NCBI GenBank assembly: GCA_050251945.1
Contig: JBFWLW010000002.1
Span: forward strand, 224,001-288,000
Length of the DNA: 64,000 nucleotides
Reading direction: 5' to 3'
Source: Deferribacterales bacterium
Lineage (GTDB): Bacteria; Chrysiogenota; Deferribacteres; Deferribacterales; Geovibrionaceae
Shown: piece after piece, positions 50,858-60,273 of the stretch
Numbering within the stretch: the first letter of the stretch is position 1
Layout of the letters: every line of letters begins with the position of its first letter
Made by a program: the position numbers and the translations under genes
The notes under the pieces: model-generated
The model's input: the letters and a program-made list of their open reading frames with translations, nothing else
Databases searched by the model: none
What the model was told of the DNA's origin: nothing

Positions 50858-52022
50858 ATGTCTCCCATTTCTGACCGATAGTCACAAAACCGAAAACCCT
50901 CTCCTGCGGAGCAACGCAGAAGCCGCCGTTAAGCTGTCTGTAAAGGAACTCCCGTCCGTCGACAACCGCGATGACGGAAACATAATGTCCGGGGTTGAAA
51001 ACGCAGGGGATCCTTAATTTACCTTTTACCACATTATTTGTATTAGAAAAATGGAATTTTGCAGTGTCTGTATTAAAGGCGGTAACCAGCGTTCCTTCGG
51101 AAGTATACAAAGGTATGCCTACTATCAAATTTTTCGGCTCGAAATGCAGACGGAACGAGAAGCTGAAAACCATCTCCTCACCAAGCCTGTATTCCTCTTT
51201 ATCCCAGAAATGGGTGACGTCCGATATCTTTCCGTCGTTGTGATAGATGTCCCCGTAAAACGGTCGCACAGGTTCTGATTTACCTTCCGGTTTCTGGCTG
51301 GAAAGATACAGTTCTATCGCCTCGTCGGGACTGCCGTAAAAAATCGACTGCCCGTTCTGTATTACCATAACCTTGTCACAGAACATCTTTACGTCGTTCA
51401 TGGAGTGGGAAACGAATATAACAGACATCCGCTCCCGCATGGAATTTATCTTCGCAAGACACTTCTGGCGGAATACAAAATCACCCACCGCAAGTACCTC
51501 GTCAAGTATCAGTATGTCAGGCTCAACTGAAGTTGCTATACCGAACCCGAGACGGGACTTCATCCCGCTGCTGTATGTTTTAACAGGCTGGTTTATGTGA
51601 TCCTTCAGTTCTGCGAATCTGATTACCTCATCAGATTTCGCTTTGAGCATATCGCCGGAAAAACCGTTTATCTTCAGATTGAGAATTATGTTCTCCATAC
51701 CCGTAAGCTCAGGTTTCAAACCGGACGTGACCTCAAGTATAGCCGCCACCCGTCCGCGTTTATGTACAACACCGGAGGTGGGCTGGATAACCCCCGCAAT
51801 TATCTTAAGCAGGGTGGATTTGCCGTGACCGTTGCGCCCGATAATGCCTAGGGTTTCGCCGCGCTTTAATTCCAGCGAAACGTCTCTAAGCGCATGAAAT
51901 TCCCTGTGGCGCGGTCTGCCTGTCAAGCTGAAAACCTCCAGAACACGGTCGAAAGGTTTATCGTACAATCTGTATATCTTGTTGATGTTCTCAGCGCGGA
52001 CAACGGTAACTTTATTAGGCAT
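50850..52022 (-). CDS. wzt: Polysaccharide ABC exporter ATPase with a C-terminal Wzt_C domain
   Basis: GRNGHGKST, YSSGMKSRLGF, LDEVLAVGD, and a C-terminal extension of about 140 aa. Confidence 0.92.
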   Translation of the reverse strand: MPNKVTVVRAENINKIYRLYDKPFDRVLEVFSLTGRPRHREFHALRDVSLELKRGETLGIIGRNGHGKSTLLKIIAGVIQPTSGVVHKRGRVAAILEVTSGLKPELTGMENIILNLKINGFSGDMLKAKSDEVIRFAELKDHINQPVKTYSSGMKSRLGFGIATSVEPDILILDEVLAVGDFVFRQKCLAKINSMRERMSVIFVSHSMNDVKMFCDKVMVIQNGQSIFYGSPDEAIELYLSSQKPEGKSEPVRPFYGDIYHNDGKISDVTHFWDKEEYRLGEEMVFSFSFRLHFEPKNLIVGIPLYTSEGTLVTAFNTDTAKFHFSNTNNVVKGKLRIPCVFNPGHYVSVIAVVDGREFLYRQLNGGFCVAPQERVFGFVTIGQKWETYE

Positions 52023-52834
52023 CAAAGTACCTCCGCAAAATGGGGACGAAGTTTTTTGAAAACAACAACGCCAATGAGCAGAAAAACAAATGCAAAAACG
52101 ATAAAAAATGCCAGCGGACGCGGATATTCAAAAAACCATCTGTGATAGATAAACGTATTCCTATAACCTTCAACGATGTAAACCATCGGATTTATGTACA
52201 GAAAAATGCGGTATTTTTCGGGTACGGACGTCGCCTGCCAGAAGATTGGCGTAACCCAGAAACCTGTTTGCAGGACAACGCTGATCACCTGACTCATATC
52301 TTTCGTAAACACCCTTACAGCACCTGTAAACCAGCCAAGCCCGAGCGTTATTATGAAAATACAAAGCAGGTAGAACGGAAGCTGGAGCCAGTATATAGAC
52401 GGGTAATAACCCTTATAAACGGCTATTCCGGCTATTATCAGAAGAAAGATAAGATGCAGATAGAAAGAGGAGATTATCTTTACCAACGGCAGTATGCTCA
52501 CGCGGAAATCCACTTTTTTCACCAGATGTCTGTTGTTTACAACAGCGTTCATGCCGCCGGTAACACAGTCTGCAAAATACGCCCATGGCGCATAGCCGCT
52601 CACCAGATACAGAATAAACGGAACATGGTCGCTTCCGACACGTTTGAAACCCACAGAGAAAACAAGCCACATGGTCGAAACAAACAGCAGAGGGCGGAAA
52701 AGCGCCCAGAGCAGACCAAGGTATGACCCCAGATACTGCTGGCGGAAATCGTCCACTGAAAGCGCAAAAACGAGCGAGCGCTCTCTGTAGATGTTCATGA
52801 TGAATTCTAACGATCCTTTAATTATGCCGGACAA
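52022..52834 (-). CDS. wzm: Polysaccharide ABC exporter permease
   Basis: QYLGSYLGLLW, LVKKVDF, FWVTPIFW, NPMVYIVEGYR, HFAEVL. Confidence 0.92.
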   Translation of the reverse strand: MSGIIKGSLEFIMNIYRERSLVFALSVDDFRQQYLGSYLGLLWALFRPLLFVSTMWLVFSVGFKRVGSDHVPFILYLVSGYAPWAYFADCVTGGMNAVVNNRHLVKKVDFRVSILPLVKIISSFYLHLIFLLIIAGIAVYKGYYPSIYWLQLPFYLLCIFIITLGLGWFTGAVRVFTKDMSQVISVVLQTGFWVTPIFWQATSVPEKYRIFLYINPMVYIVEGYRNTFIYHRWFFEYPRPLAFFIVFAFVFLLIGVVVFKKLRPHFAEVL

Positions 52835-52845
52835 ATCTTTCTCCG

Positions 52846-53478
52846 TCAGCCTATGTATTCTTTTTCAAATGCAGTGTAATCGTCTATGTAATAATCGGAA
52901 AATGCCCGGAGGCGTTCTCCGTTGTATCCGCAGAATATGAGTCCGTTGTGCTTCGCGGCATCATAGTCAGCCCGCGAATCACCAATCATAGCAACCTGAT
53001 ATCTGTCGTAACCATTCTCTTTTATGATGTCGTGAACAACGTCGTTCTTTGGGGTGGGGGAACCGTAAATTGAAACGAAATACTGTGTCAGATCAAGACA
53101 TTTACAGATATAGCGCAATTCTTTCTGTTCCGTTCCGGACGCGATGTGCATAGGGATATGCATGTAATGGCGCTTTATAAAATCCAATGTATCCTGAATT
53201 ATATATTTTTTATCGGTAAGCTCCGCCAGCATCAGCTTTGAATACGTTTCCGCATATTCGTTTACAGTCTCTTCCGTAACGCTTCTGCCAAGGATGTTCT
53301 CAAACATATGACGGATTTTCACAAATCTTGATATGCCGCCGTTGTTTCTGTGGAACTCAAGAAGCCTGTCAACGGCAGTCTTATCAAAATCAGCGAAAAG
53401 AAGTTCAAATCCTTTATCTTTAACGGGCATTGAATCAAGCACAACACCGTCAAAATCGAAAATTATACTCTGTATCAT
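52846..53478 (-). CDS. HAD-superfamily hydrolase
   Basis: FDFDGVVLDS, IASGT, MIGDS. Confidence 0.88.
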   Translation of the reverse strand: MIQSIIFDFDGVVLDSMPVKDKGFELLFADFDKTAVDRLLEFHRNNGGISRFVKIRHMFENILGRSVTEETVNEYAETYSKLMLAELTDKKYIIQDTLDFIKRHYMHIPMHIASGTEQKELRYICKCLDLTQYFVSIYGSPTPKNDVVHDIIKENGYDRYQVAMIGDSRADYDAAKHNGLIFCGYNGERLRAFSDYYIDDYTAFEKEYIG

Positions 53479-54131
53479 TCAATTTCTCCCACAACGGTAC
53501 AGGGCAGTCCGTCAGTATCGTCCACCCTTAAAGGCAATATAATAAGCCTGCTTATCATATTCAGCTCTTCATAATCAAGTTTCATATCCTCTAGAAGTAT
53601 AAGAGGTTTATCAGGGTTCAGAAAAGCCTTATGCGCTTTTCTGCCCTCCGGTCTGTTCTGAAAAGAGGACACGGACAGTGTGTCCATCCCGAACAGCCTT
53701 ACGTTTTTGTATTTATTTCGTATATAATCAGCAACTGATTCGTGAAATCCGAAATTTTTATCTGCATTTTCCTCGTCAAACCTGTCAAATCCTGTGCGCA
53801 CTATAATACAGTCAAACCCTCGGTCTTCGATGTTATCAAATTTATCAGCGAGTTCTTTACCGATAACATAGTCTGCCGGCTCAACATCAACAAACAGAGG
53901 ATCTGAAAAAAACCAGAAATCGGCATCAAACGCGGAAATATCCTGACCGTCTGCAAAAAAATGCAGCGGCATGTCGAGATGCGTTCCTGTATGCACACTC
54001 ATGCTCAAACGGGTATTGTTCGCGGCATCTCCCTTTGACATATCGGAGATACGGTCGAGTTCCACCTGTTTTTTCCCGCCGTAAGCGGGAGTTTCTGCAT
54101 TTATAGTGTGCGAAAGGAATATCCGTTTAAT
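53475..54131 (-). CDS. Cyclase-family (kynurenine formamidase-like) metal-dependent hydrolase
   Basis: HTGTHLDMPLHF motif, GMDTLSVS, LLEDM. The frame stays open upstream of the GTG at 54065 (IFLSHTINAETPAYGG) to an ATT at 54131 with an AAGGAG RBS. Confidence 0.8.
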   Translation of the reverse strand: MKRIFLSHTINAETPAYGGKKQVELDRISDMSKGDAANNTRLSMSVHTGTHLDMPLHFFADGQDISAFDADFWFFSDPLFVDVEPADYVIGKELADKFDNIEDRGFDCIIVRTGFDRFDEENADKNFGFHESVADYIRNKYKNVRLFGMDTLSVSSFQNRPEGRKAHKAFLNPDKPLILLEDMKLDYEELNMISRLIILPLRVDDTDGLPCTVVGEIE

Positions 54132-55029
54132 CGCCGTTCTCCTTGCGGTTTATCTCTCTGTCGTGTATCTCGCGGATACAGTCAAGAATCCCCTGCCCCA
54201 TATCAATGAAGGGGTTCGGCACCAGCTTTTTGCATACGCTTGGGTGGAACGAATACGGGGTGAGTTTATAATGGTGGTCGTTCACCTCTTTGTTGAGGAT
54301 TATCTCAACGTCGTTACCCAGAATCTCCTTTATCATGGTAAAAAGATCAACCCTTGGCATCCGTTCGATACCCGTAAGGATTATGTGACCGTTTGAAAAC
54401 CTGCTGTCCTCAATTATATCGACAGACATTGACGCTGCGTCCTGTGCGTGGATATACTCCCGCACCTCCTGCCCGTCCCTGTCGTGGACTATCTTTTTCT
54501 CGGTTATTGCGCTTTTCAGCACGGAATACAGGTAATTGTTTCCATATGCACGCTCTCCATATACCGAACCGTAACGGATGATAGTGAATTCCAGCCCGAA
54601 CGCCCTGTAATACTCCTCTGTGAGTTTTTCCGACGCCAGTTTGCTCACTCCGTAGAAAGAGCCTCTGTCACTAAGCGCGTATGCACTTGATGCGTAAATG
54701 TATCTTTTAATATTTTTATTTTTGCACCCCTCGAGGATATTGAGGTTGCCTACAATATTGGTCTCTATGGTCTCAACAGGCATGGTCACCGCCATGTCAA
54801 GATTCGCCATCCCTGCGAAGTTATAAACATAAGAAACCTCAGGAGTAATAAGCCTGCTTACCAGTTCCCTGTTCATTATGTTACATTCAACAAAATCGCA
54901 TCCGTCCGGCAGATATTCGCTCTTTCTCAGGTCTGCCGCAGTGACACGGTATCCGCGTTTCAACAGCTCCTCGACAACGTAGCATCCGAGAAATCCGGCT
55001 CCGCCGAAAACAACGACCCTCTCATTCAT
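54127..55029 (-). CDS. NAD-dependent epimerase/dehydratase (extended SDR)
   Basis: GGAGFLG, YASSA, YGVSK, RYGSVYG. Confidence 0.9.
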   Translation of the reverse strand: MNERVVVFGGAGFLGCYVVEELLKRGYRVTAADLRKSEYLPDGCDFVECNIMNRELVSRLITPEVSYVYNFAGMANLDMAVTMPVETIETNIVGNLNILEGCKNKNIKRYIYASSAYALSDRGSFYGVSKLASEKLTEEYYRAFGLEFTIIRYGSVYGERAYGNNYLYSVLKSAITEKKIVHDRDGQEVREYIHAQDAASMSVDIIEDSRFSNGHIILTGIERMPRVDLFTMIKEILGNDVEIILNKEVNDHHYKLTPYSFHPSVCKKLVPNPFIDMGQGILDCIREIHDREINRKENGD

Positions 55030-55975
55030 TTGAAAAGACCTCATTTTTAAGGTTTTTACCCGTCAGAAAGCGCACCGCCTCCTCAACGGACTGAACCTCC
55101 ATATCTGTGCGGCTGGCAGTTGTCGCCGCGCCCATGTGGCATGTGAAGAGCATGTTATCAAGCTCCAGCAGCTTGCCTTTGTAGGGTTCGTCAACGAAAA
55201 CGTCAGCCGCTGAACCGGCTATCACGCCGTTTTTCAGAGCGTCGTAAAGGTCGTCTTCGTTAACTATGCCGCCGCGAGCCGTATTGATTAGAAAAGCGTG
55301 TTTCTGCATCATGTTAAGCTCTTTAGCGGTGATAAAGTCTCTTGTATCCTTTTTCAGCGGCAGGTTGATGCTCACAATGTCGCTGTTTTTAAGAACGGTC
55401 TCTTTATCGGTATAGGTTATGCGCTCGTTGCGCCCGAAGATGATATCGGGGTTTGTATCGTGCGCCAGAATGTTTACGTTGAAACCTGAAAGCATGTGCG
55501 CAAGGCTCTTCCCGATGCGACCCATGCCGAATATGCCTATAGTCCGGCTATGAAGAAGAAGCCCCATGTGCCTTGCCCATCCGCCGTTTCGCATCAGCTT
55601 GTCGCTGGATGTTATCCTGCGGGCAAGGTCAAGCATCATTCCGATGCAGAGTTCCGCAACCGCAGTTGTGGGTGCTTCGGGGGTATAAGCCACGCGCACG
55701 CCGTATTTTCTGCAGAGTTCAAAATCCACGCCGTCAAGCCCCACACCGACGCGTGAGATAAGCTTGAGGTTGTGTGCTTTTTTAAACACTTCTTCCGTTA
55801 TGTTCTCGGTTCCCGCGACAAGAACGGTGGCATCCTTGATATCCTCGGCAAGTTCCGCAGAAGTCAGTTTACGACCCCTTCCGTTTTCGCGGTACTCTAT
55901 GCCGTTCTCCTCCAGAAGCTGTCGGGGAACAGGCGAAGTTCCGAAGAACGGGTGTGTCGATATGAATACCTTCAT
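55022..55975 (-). CDS. D-2-hydroxyacid dehydrogenase (phosphoglycerate dehydrogenase-like)
   Basis: SRVGVGLD, AVAE, GIFGMGRIG, INTARGG, DVFVDEP, TCHMG. Confidence 0.9.
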   Translation of the reverse strand: MKVFISTHPFFGTSPVPRQLLEENGIEYRENGRGRKLTSAELAEDIKDATVLVAGTENITEEVFKKAHNLKLISRVGVGLDGVDFELCRKYGVRVAYTPEAPTTAVAELCIGMMLDLARRITSSDKLMRNGGWARHMGLLLHSRTIGIFGMGRIGKSLAHMLSGFNVNILAHDTNPDIIFGRNERITYTDKETVLKNSDIVSINLPLKKDTRDFITAKELNMMQKHAFLINTARGGIVNEDDLYDALKNGVIAGSAADVFVDEPYKGKLLELDNMLFTCHMGAATTASRTDMEVQSVEEAVRFLTGKNLKNEVFSNE

Positions 55976-56727
55976 GCCTTGTGCCTGCTCATCTCTTCTC
56001 TTGCTTTCTGACCGAGGAAAAGGAAGTCAAGGCTGAACGCAAGGAAGGAATATCCGAGATCTATCTTCTCTTTCAGTTTTTCATATTCCGGCTGGATCAC
56101 ATGGAATCCCAGAGGAAAGTTAGCCGCCTTACAAGCTTTTTCAACGGCTATAAGCGCCTCTTTAACTTCTGGTCGGTCGTACTCGCCCGGCACGTTCATA
56201 GAACCTGAAAGATCATAAGGACCTATGATAATTCCGTCTATACCGGGGGTGGTTATGATATCGTTTATGTTGCGCACAGAGTCTATATGCTCAACCTGTG
56301 CAATGATAACTGATTCGTCTTTAAGCCATTCCTTATATTCGTCGAAACCGGTGCCGTATTTCTGCGCGCGTGCCAGTCCGACGCCGCGTTTGCCGATGGG
56401 CGGATATTTTGTAAACCGCACTGCCTGTTCTGCGTCCTCGCGGCTGTTCACCATGGGAACGATGATACCGTCGGCTCCGGCATCCATTACACGTTTAATA
56501 ACAACCTCTTCGTTTTTGCCCACGCGGACAAGGGCTTTCATGCCAGCCGCCTGAATGTGCCCGATGAGGTTCTGCGCAGCCGCAAGCTCTATTACGCTGT
56601 GTTCAAGGTCGATTGTGAGCCACTCGAACCCCGCTGTCGCCATTATCTCAATGACGGACTGGTGACCTATCGTCACCCATGAACCTATTGTGAGTTCGTT
56701 GTTTTTCAGCTTCTGTTTAAGAGACAT
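55972..56727 (-). CDS. HpcH/HpaI-family class II pyruvate aldolase
   Basis: IDLEHS, LVRV, DAGADGIIVPMV, YPPIGKRG, AQVEH, IGPYDLS. Confidence 0.9.
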   Translation of the reverse strand: MSLKQKLKNNELTIGSWVTIGHQSVIEIMATAGFEWLTIDLEHSVIELAAAQNLIGHIQAAGMKALVRVGKNEEVVIKRVMDAGADGIIVPMVNSREDAEQAVRFTKYPPIGKRGVGLARAQKYGTGFDEYKEWLKDESVIIAQVEHIDSVRNINDIITTPGIDGIIIGPYDLSGSMNVPGEYDRPEVKEALIAVEKACKAANFPLGFHVIQPEYEKLKEKIDLGYSFLAFSLDFLFLGQKAREEMSRHKA

Positions 56728-57799
56728 TTTCTACTCCGTTGTATCTTTTCGAGATACTTAGCAGGTATGACCCGTTAAGTGATATGTATTTTCTGCCCTG
56801 TGCCTCGCCGTATGCAAAGAGGGCTTCCATCTGTTCATCATGTCCGTTCTGATATTGTACATAATTTCTGTCGCGGAAAAAAGAGGGATGTGCATCAACA
56901 ACCTTTTGCATCAGCCCCTCATACTGGACAAGACTGTTGTGTTTCCAGAACATTTTGTCTCCGGAGCTTCTGCCGTTCGCTCCGAGAATATATATTTCAT
57001 CCGCAAGTGCGGATGCCGCAGGGAGCATCAGATAGGTTAGAATATTGTCGGTGACATGAACGGAAATATCTTCTGCGGAGGGGAAATTAAGCCCTTCGTT
57101 TCTTCCGACACCTATGATTTTATCCGAAATCCGCGGATAATGCGCCAGCATCAGAGCGACCATGTTTTCCGGCATCATAATATAAACGCCGTATTTCTCC
57201 GCCGTTTTAAGCACGTCGCGCCGGAATGTTTCGGAATATTCGTTCCAGCTGAAATGGTAAACAGGGTCGGCGAAACAGAGGATGTCGGGCTTTGCCCATT
57301 CGAGAAATTCGTCGTTTTTCACCACGCTGTTGCATATCACTTTTATCATGCCCAGCGTTTCCGGGTGTTTGTCATAGTCCGAGAATGACGCGCCAGTGAG
57401 GAAACAGCACGCCTTTTCTTTATCTTTAAGCTTCTCAGCCATTGCCGCGAAATTCTTTTGAGATAATTCTGAAAAATCTTTTCCTGAATGAGCACCGTAA
57501 AGATAACTCCAAGCGGTGCAGCTTTCCGTTGAATAGAAATTTTCATCCACAACGGCGCATTTGTGAAGCCTGAAAAGGTTTAAAAATATGAGCCGCCAGT
57601 CGGTTATGAGGTACAGATCGGCTTTGCCTTGCACGATTTCAAAAAAATCAGGCAGATACCAGCCGACCTTCTTCTGAAAGTCAGCATCTCTGCCGCCGAT
57701 AACACCTATTCTGCGAACGTTTACCGGTGTGCCGAAAAAGAGCTTGCAAAGTTTGCGGAACAGTCTGAAAACAAACCAGACCGCACGGCGAAAATTCAT
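56717..57799 (-). CDS. Hypothetical protein with a DUF115/Maf-like C-terminal region, putative glycosyltransferase
   Basis: FLTGASF...VICNSVV...FADP...YILGANG parallel the GNGPS / GVN / LIGFD pattern of the 47482-48372 protein. Confidence 0.55.
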   Translation of the reverse strand: MNFRRAVWFVFRLFRKLCKLFFGTPVNVRRIGVIGGRDADFQKKVGWYLPDFFEIVQGKADLYLITDWRLIFLNLFRLHKCAVVDENFYSTESCTAWSYLYGAHSGKDFSELSQKNFAAMAEKLKDKEKACCFLTGASFSDYDKHPETLGMIKVICNSVVKNDEFLEWAKPDILCFADPVYHFSWNEYSETFRRDVLKTAEKYGVYIMMPENMVALMLAHYPRISDKIIGVGRNEGLNFPSAEDISVHVTDNILTYLMLPAASALADEIYILGANGRSSGDKMFWKHNSLVQYEGLMQKVVDAHPSFFRDRNYVQYQNGHDEQMEALFAYGEAQGRKYISLNGSYLLSISKRYNGVENVS

Positions 57800-58467
57800 C
57801 CGTTCTTCCTTTTGATGTAAAGGAGTTCGGCCAGTTCAAAATCCTCCGGCTCGTCTATGTCCACAGCTTCCAGCTTGTTCATCTCGCTCATGGCGGGTTT
57901 AAGTCCTATTCGCTTGTTGCCTGCCGCCGCGAATGACGCTTTGCTGAAAACAAAAAAGTTGCTGTTCTCTTCGTAAACAGGCGGGAGATCCTGCGTGCGC
58001 AGAAGCTCAGCGGGGTTATGATTAACAGGGCTTCCGTCCGCCCAGTAAAGGCGCGTCTGGAGTCTTGTTACGGAAAAAACGGAATCGTATTTACCAAGGT
58101 TTGCGAAATATTCTTCTATCGCCCTGTCGATGGTCTCCGGTTTCACCAGCGGGTTTGTGCTGTGGGTCTGCAAAAAGTGTTCACCCTCCAGTTTCGACAG
58201 GTCATATCCGATGATGTCGTTCATAGCGACGAAATCCCCCTGAATCTCCACGGGTCTGTCTATTATCTGAACGCGGTCGAAATTTTTCAGCGCATCGTTC
58301 TTTATTATCCCGCTGTCAGTGTTTATGACAACCCTGTCTATATTTCTGCACTGCAAAAGCACGCTCATCACCGCATGGTAAAGCGGCTTTCCTGCGAAAT
58401 CGCGCATGTTCTTATTTTTAACCCTTTCGGAATTGCCCTTCATGGGCAGCAGTGCAGTCACCTTCAT
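57796..58467 (-). CDS. Acylneuraminate/ulosonate cytidylyltransferase family protein
   Basis: LPMKGNSERVKNKNMR, INTDS, QTHSTNPL, RTQDL, YEENS, DIDEPEDF; ATG at 58467. Confidence 0.9.
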   Translation of the reverse strand: MKVTALLPMKGNSERVKNKNMRDFAGKPLYHAVMSVLLQCRNIDRVVINTDSGIIKNDALKNFDRVQIIDRPVEIQGDFVAMNDIIGYDLSKLEGEHFLQTHSTNPLVKPETIDRAIEEYFANLGKYDSVFSVTRLQTRLYWADGSPVNHNPAELLRTQDLPPVYEENSNFFVFSKASFAAAGNKRIGLKPAMSEMNKLEAVDIDEPEDFELAELLYIKRKNG

Positions 58468-58585
58468 TTTGTCACCCGCATTAAATGTTTTAATGTGTAA
58501 TAATCCCCCTTTTATGGAACTGCAACAGATTTTTATTGATATTTGCCATAAACAGGCGGAATATACCGTTTCTGTGAGGTGCAAA

Positions 58586-59098
58586 ATGGCGATAATCACT
58601 GTTCTTGATGAATTGATAAAGAATTGTCCCGACGAAACCATAAAAAAATATCTGCTGACTCTCAAAGACGAAAACTCCGAAACTGTACGCAGGATAAAGG
58701 CTTTTAAGCCTGCCACGTTTGCAAGGTTTCAGATAACCGACGATATATTCGCCATAGAACAATCCTTTGAGACCAAAGACAGAAACCTTTGTTTCTTCGA
58801 GTCCCACAGAAGCTGCGTAGACATACAGATAATGCTTGGCGGCTGTGAGCAGATGGAGCTTTGCCGCATAGAAAAGCTGGAAACAGACGTTCCTTACAAC
58901 GATGAAAAAGACCTTATAAAATATAAAATATCAGACAGGGCATCAAAGCTTGCATTTGAAAAATATGACTGCGCGGTTTATTTCCCCGAAGACGCACACC
59001 TTTGCGTGGCAAAGCTCAATGAAACGTCCACAGTTTATAAAACTGTCTTAAAGGTGCCTGTGAGTTATAAAGATTTCTTCGCCGCTATCGTTTCATAG
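58586..59098 (+). CDS. YhcH/YjgK/YiaL (DUF386) family protein
   Basis: FESHRSCVDIQ and YFPEDAH motifs; ATG at 58586 follows GAGGT. Confidence 0.85.
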   Translation: MAIITVLDELIKNCPDETIKKYLLTLKDENSETVRRIKAFKPATFARFQITDDIFAIEQSFETKDRNLCFFESHRSCVDIQIMLGGCEQMELCRIEKLETDVPYNDEKDLIKYKISDRASKLAFEKYDCAVYFPEDAHLCVAKLNETSTVYKTVLKVPVSYKDFFAAIVS

Positions 59099-60144
59099 AA
59101 AGCTTTCGTTTCGGCGAAGCACCTGTCCCATGAGAACTTTGCGGAATGAGCAAACCCTTTTTCAATAAGCTCCATACGTCTATGTACAATACTGTCCATC
59201 GCCAAGGCAAAACCTTCAGGCGTCATATCACGGACGAGTATCCCCGCGCCGCCCGCCGCTTCCGGCAGTGAAGAACAGTCCGATGCGACAACAGGGCATC
59301 CGCACCGCATAGCCTCAAGAACGGGAAGTCCGAAACCTTCATAAAGTGAAGGATACAGCAGGCAGTCCGCCGCGGAAAAAATGTCTTTTATCTGTTCGTT
59401 GGTCATATATCCGAAGATCCTGTATCTGCCTTTAAGCTCTTGATCAAGAAGCGTCTGCTCGTCGTGCGTGACCTGTTTCCCCCCCAGAACAAGAAGAAAA
59501 TGCCCGCTCAACGCACACGCCATGACGGCAGTATCAAAATTCTTATATCCGCTCCGCTCGCCCACAAACACTGCGTATCTGTCGGATTTCAGTCCGAAAC
59601 CTGCAAATATCTCATCGCGGCTTTTTTCGGACGGTCTGAAATCATCACCGACACCGTTGTGTATGACCGTCACTTTTTCGTGGTCGGTCTCCGGAAAGAA
59701 GCGCAGAAGGTCTTTTTTCGTATTCTCCGATATGCAGATAACACCGTCCGCACGCCGTACCGCAGCGCGCTTCTGAGCGGTATGCACAACCCGTTTCAGC
59801 CCATGCACATAAAGTTCATATGTGAAATCATGCACGGTAACTATTTTTGCAGCCGAAACGTCCGTGCAGTCCCTGTAATAGCTTGAATGGAATACCGAAC
59901 CTCTTCCGAGCCGCACGCGGACAGGCAGATATCTGCTTATTTTAACGCGGATTCCGCTGTCGTTTATGATATTTTTCATATCAAGCGTTTCGCGGAATTT
60001 ATTTTCACACGGAAATTTCGGCTCAATGAAGGTAATTCGGCAGCCGGCATCTTTTAAAAAACGTGAGGCAAGTTCCTGCCAATAACGGGATATGCCGCCG
60101 GAGCGCTGGAGCCAGAAAACAATATTGTCGTAGAATATGTTCAT
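59065..60144 (-). CDS. GT4-family glycosyltransferase
   Basis: GGISRY, VTVHDF, YKNF, YPSLYEGFGLPVLEAMRCG. Confidence 0.92.
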   Translation of the reverse strand: MNIFYDNIVFWLQRSGGISRYWQELASRFLKDAGCRITFIEPKFPCENKFRETLDMKNIINDSGIRVKISRYLPVRVRLGRGSVFHSSYYRDCTDVSAAKIVTVHDFTYELYVHGLKRVVHTAQKRAAVRRADGVICISENTKKDLLRFFPETDHEKVTVIHNGVGDDFRPSEKSRDEIFAGFGLKSDRYAVFVGERSGYKNFDTAVMACALSGHFLLVLGGKQVTHDEQTLLDQELKGRYRIFGYMTNEQIKDIFSAADCLLYPSLYEGFGLPVLEAMRCGCPVVASDCSSLPEAAGGAGILVRDMTPEGFALAMDSIVHRRMELIEKGFAHSAKFSWDRCFAETKAFYETIAAKKSL

Positions 60145-60214
60145 ACAGGATATTAACATATCCTCACGAAACAGTTAAGATTTTTGTAACGACGCGGATG
60201 CCCTTTAAATGAAA

Positions 60215-60243
60215 TTGACATGCAGGTCCGTTTCGTTTAAATA
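60215..60243 (+). promoter_or_regulatory. Possible sigma70 promoter for the fcl operon
   Basis: TTGACA followed 16-17 bp later by TTAAAT/TAAATA. Confidence 0.4.
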
Positions 60244-60273
60244 TATCGGATTACACTTTAATCAGGTATCTGA

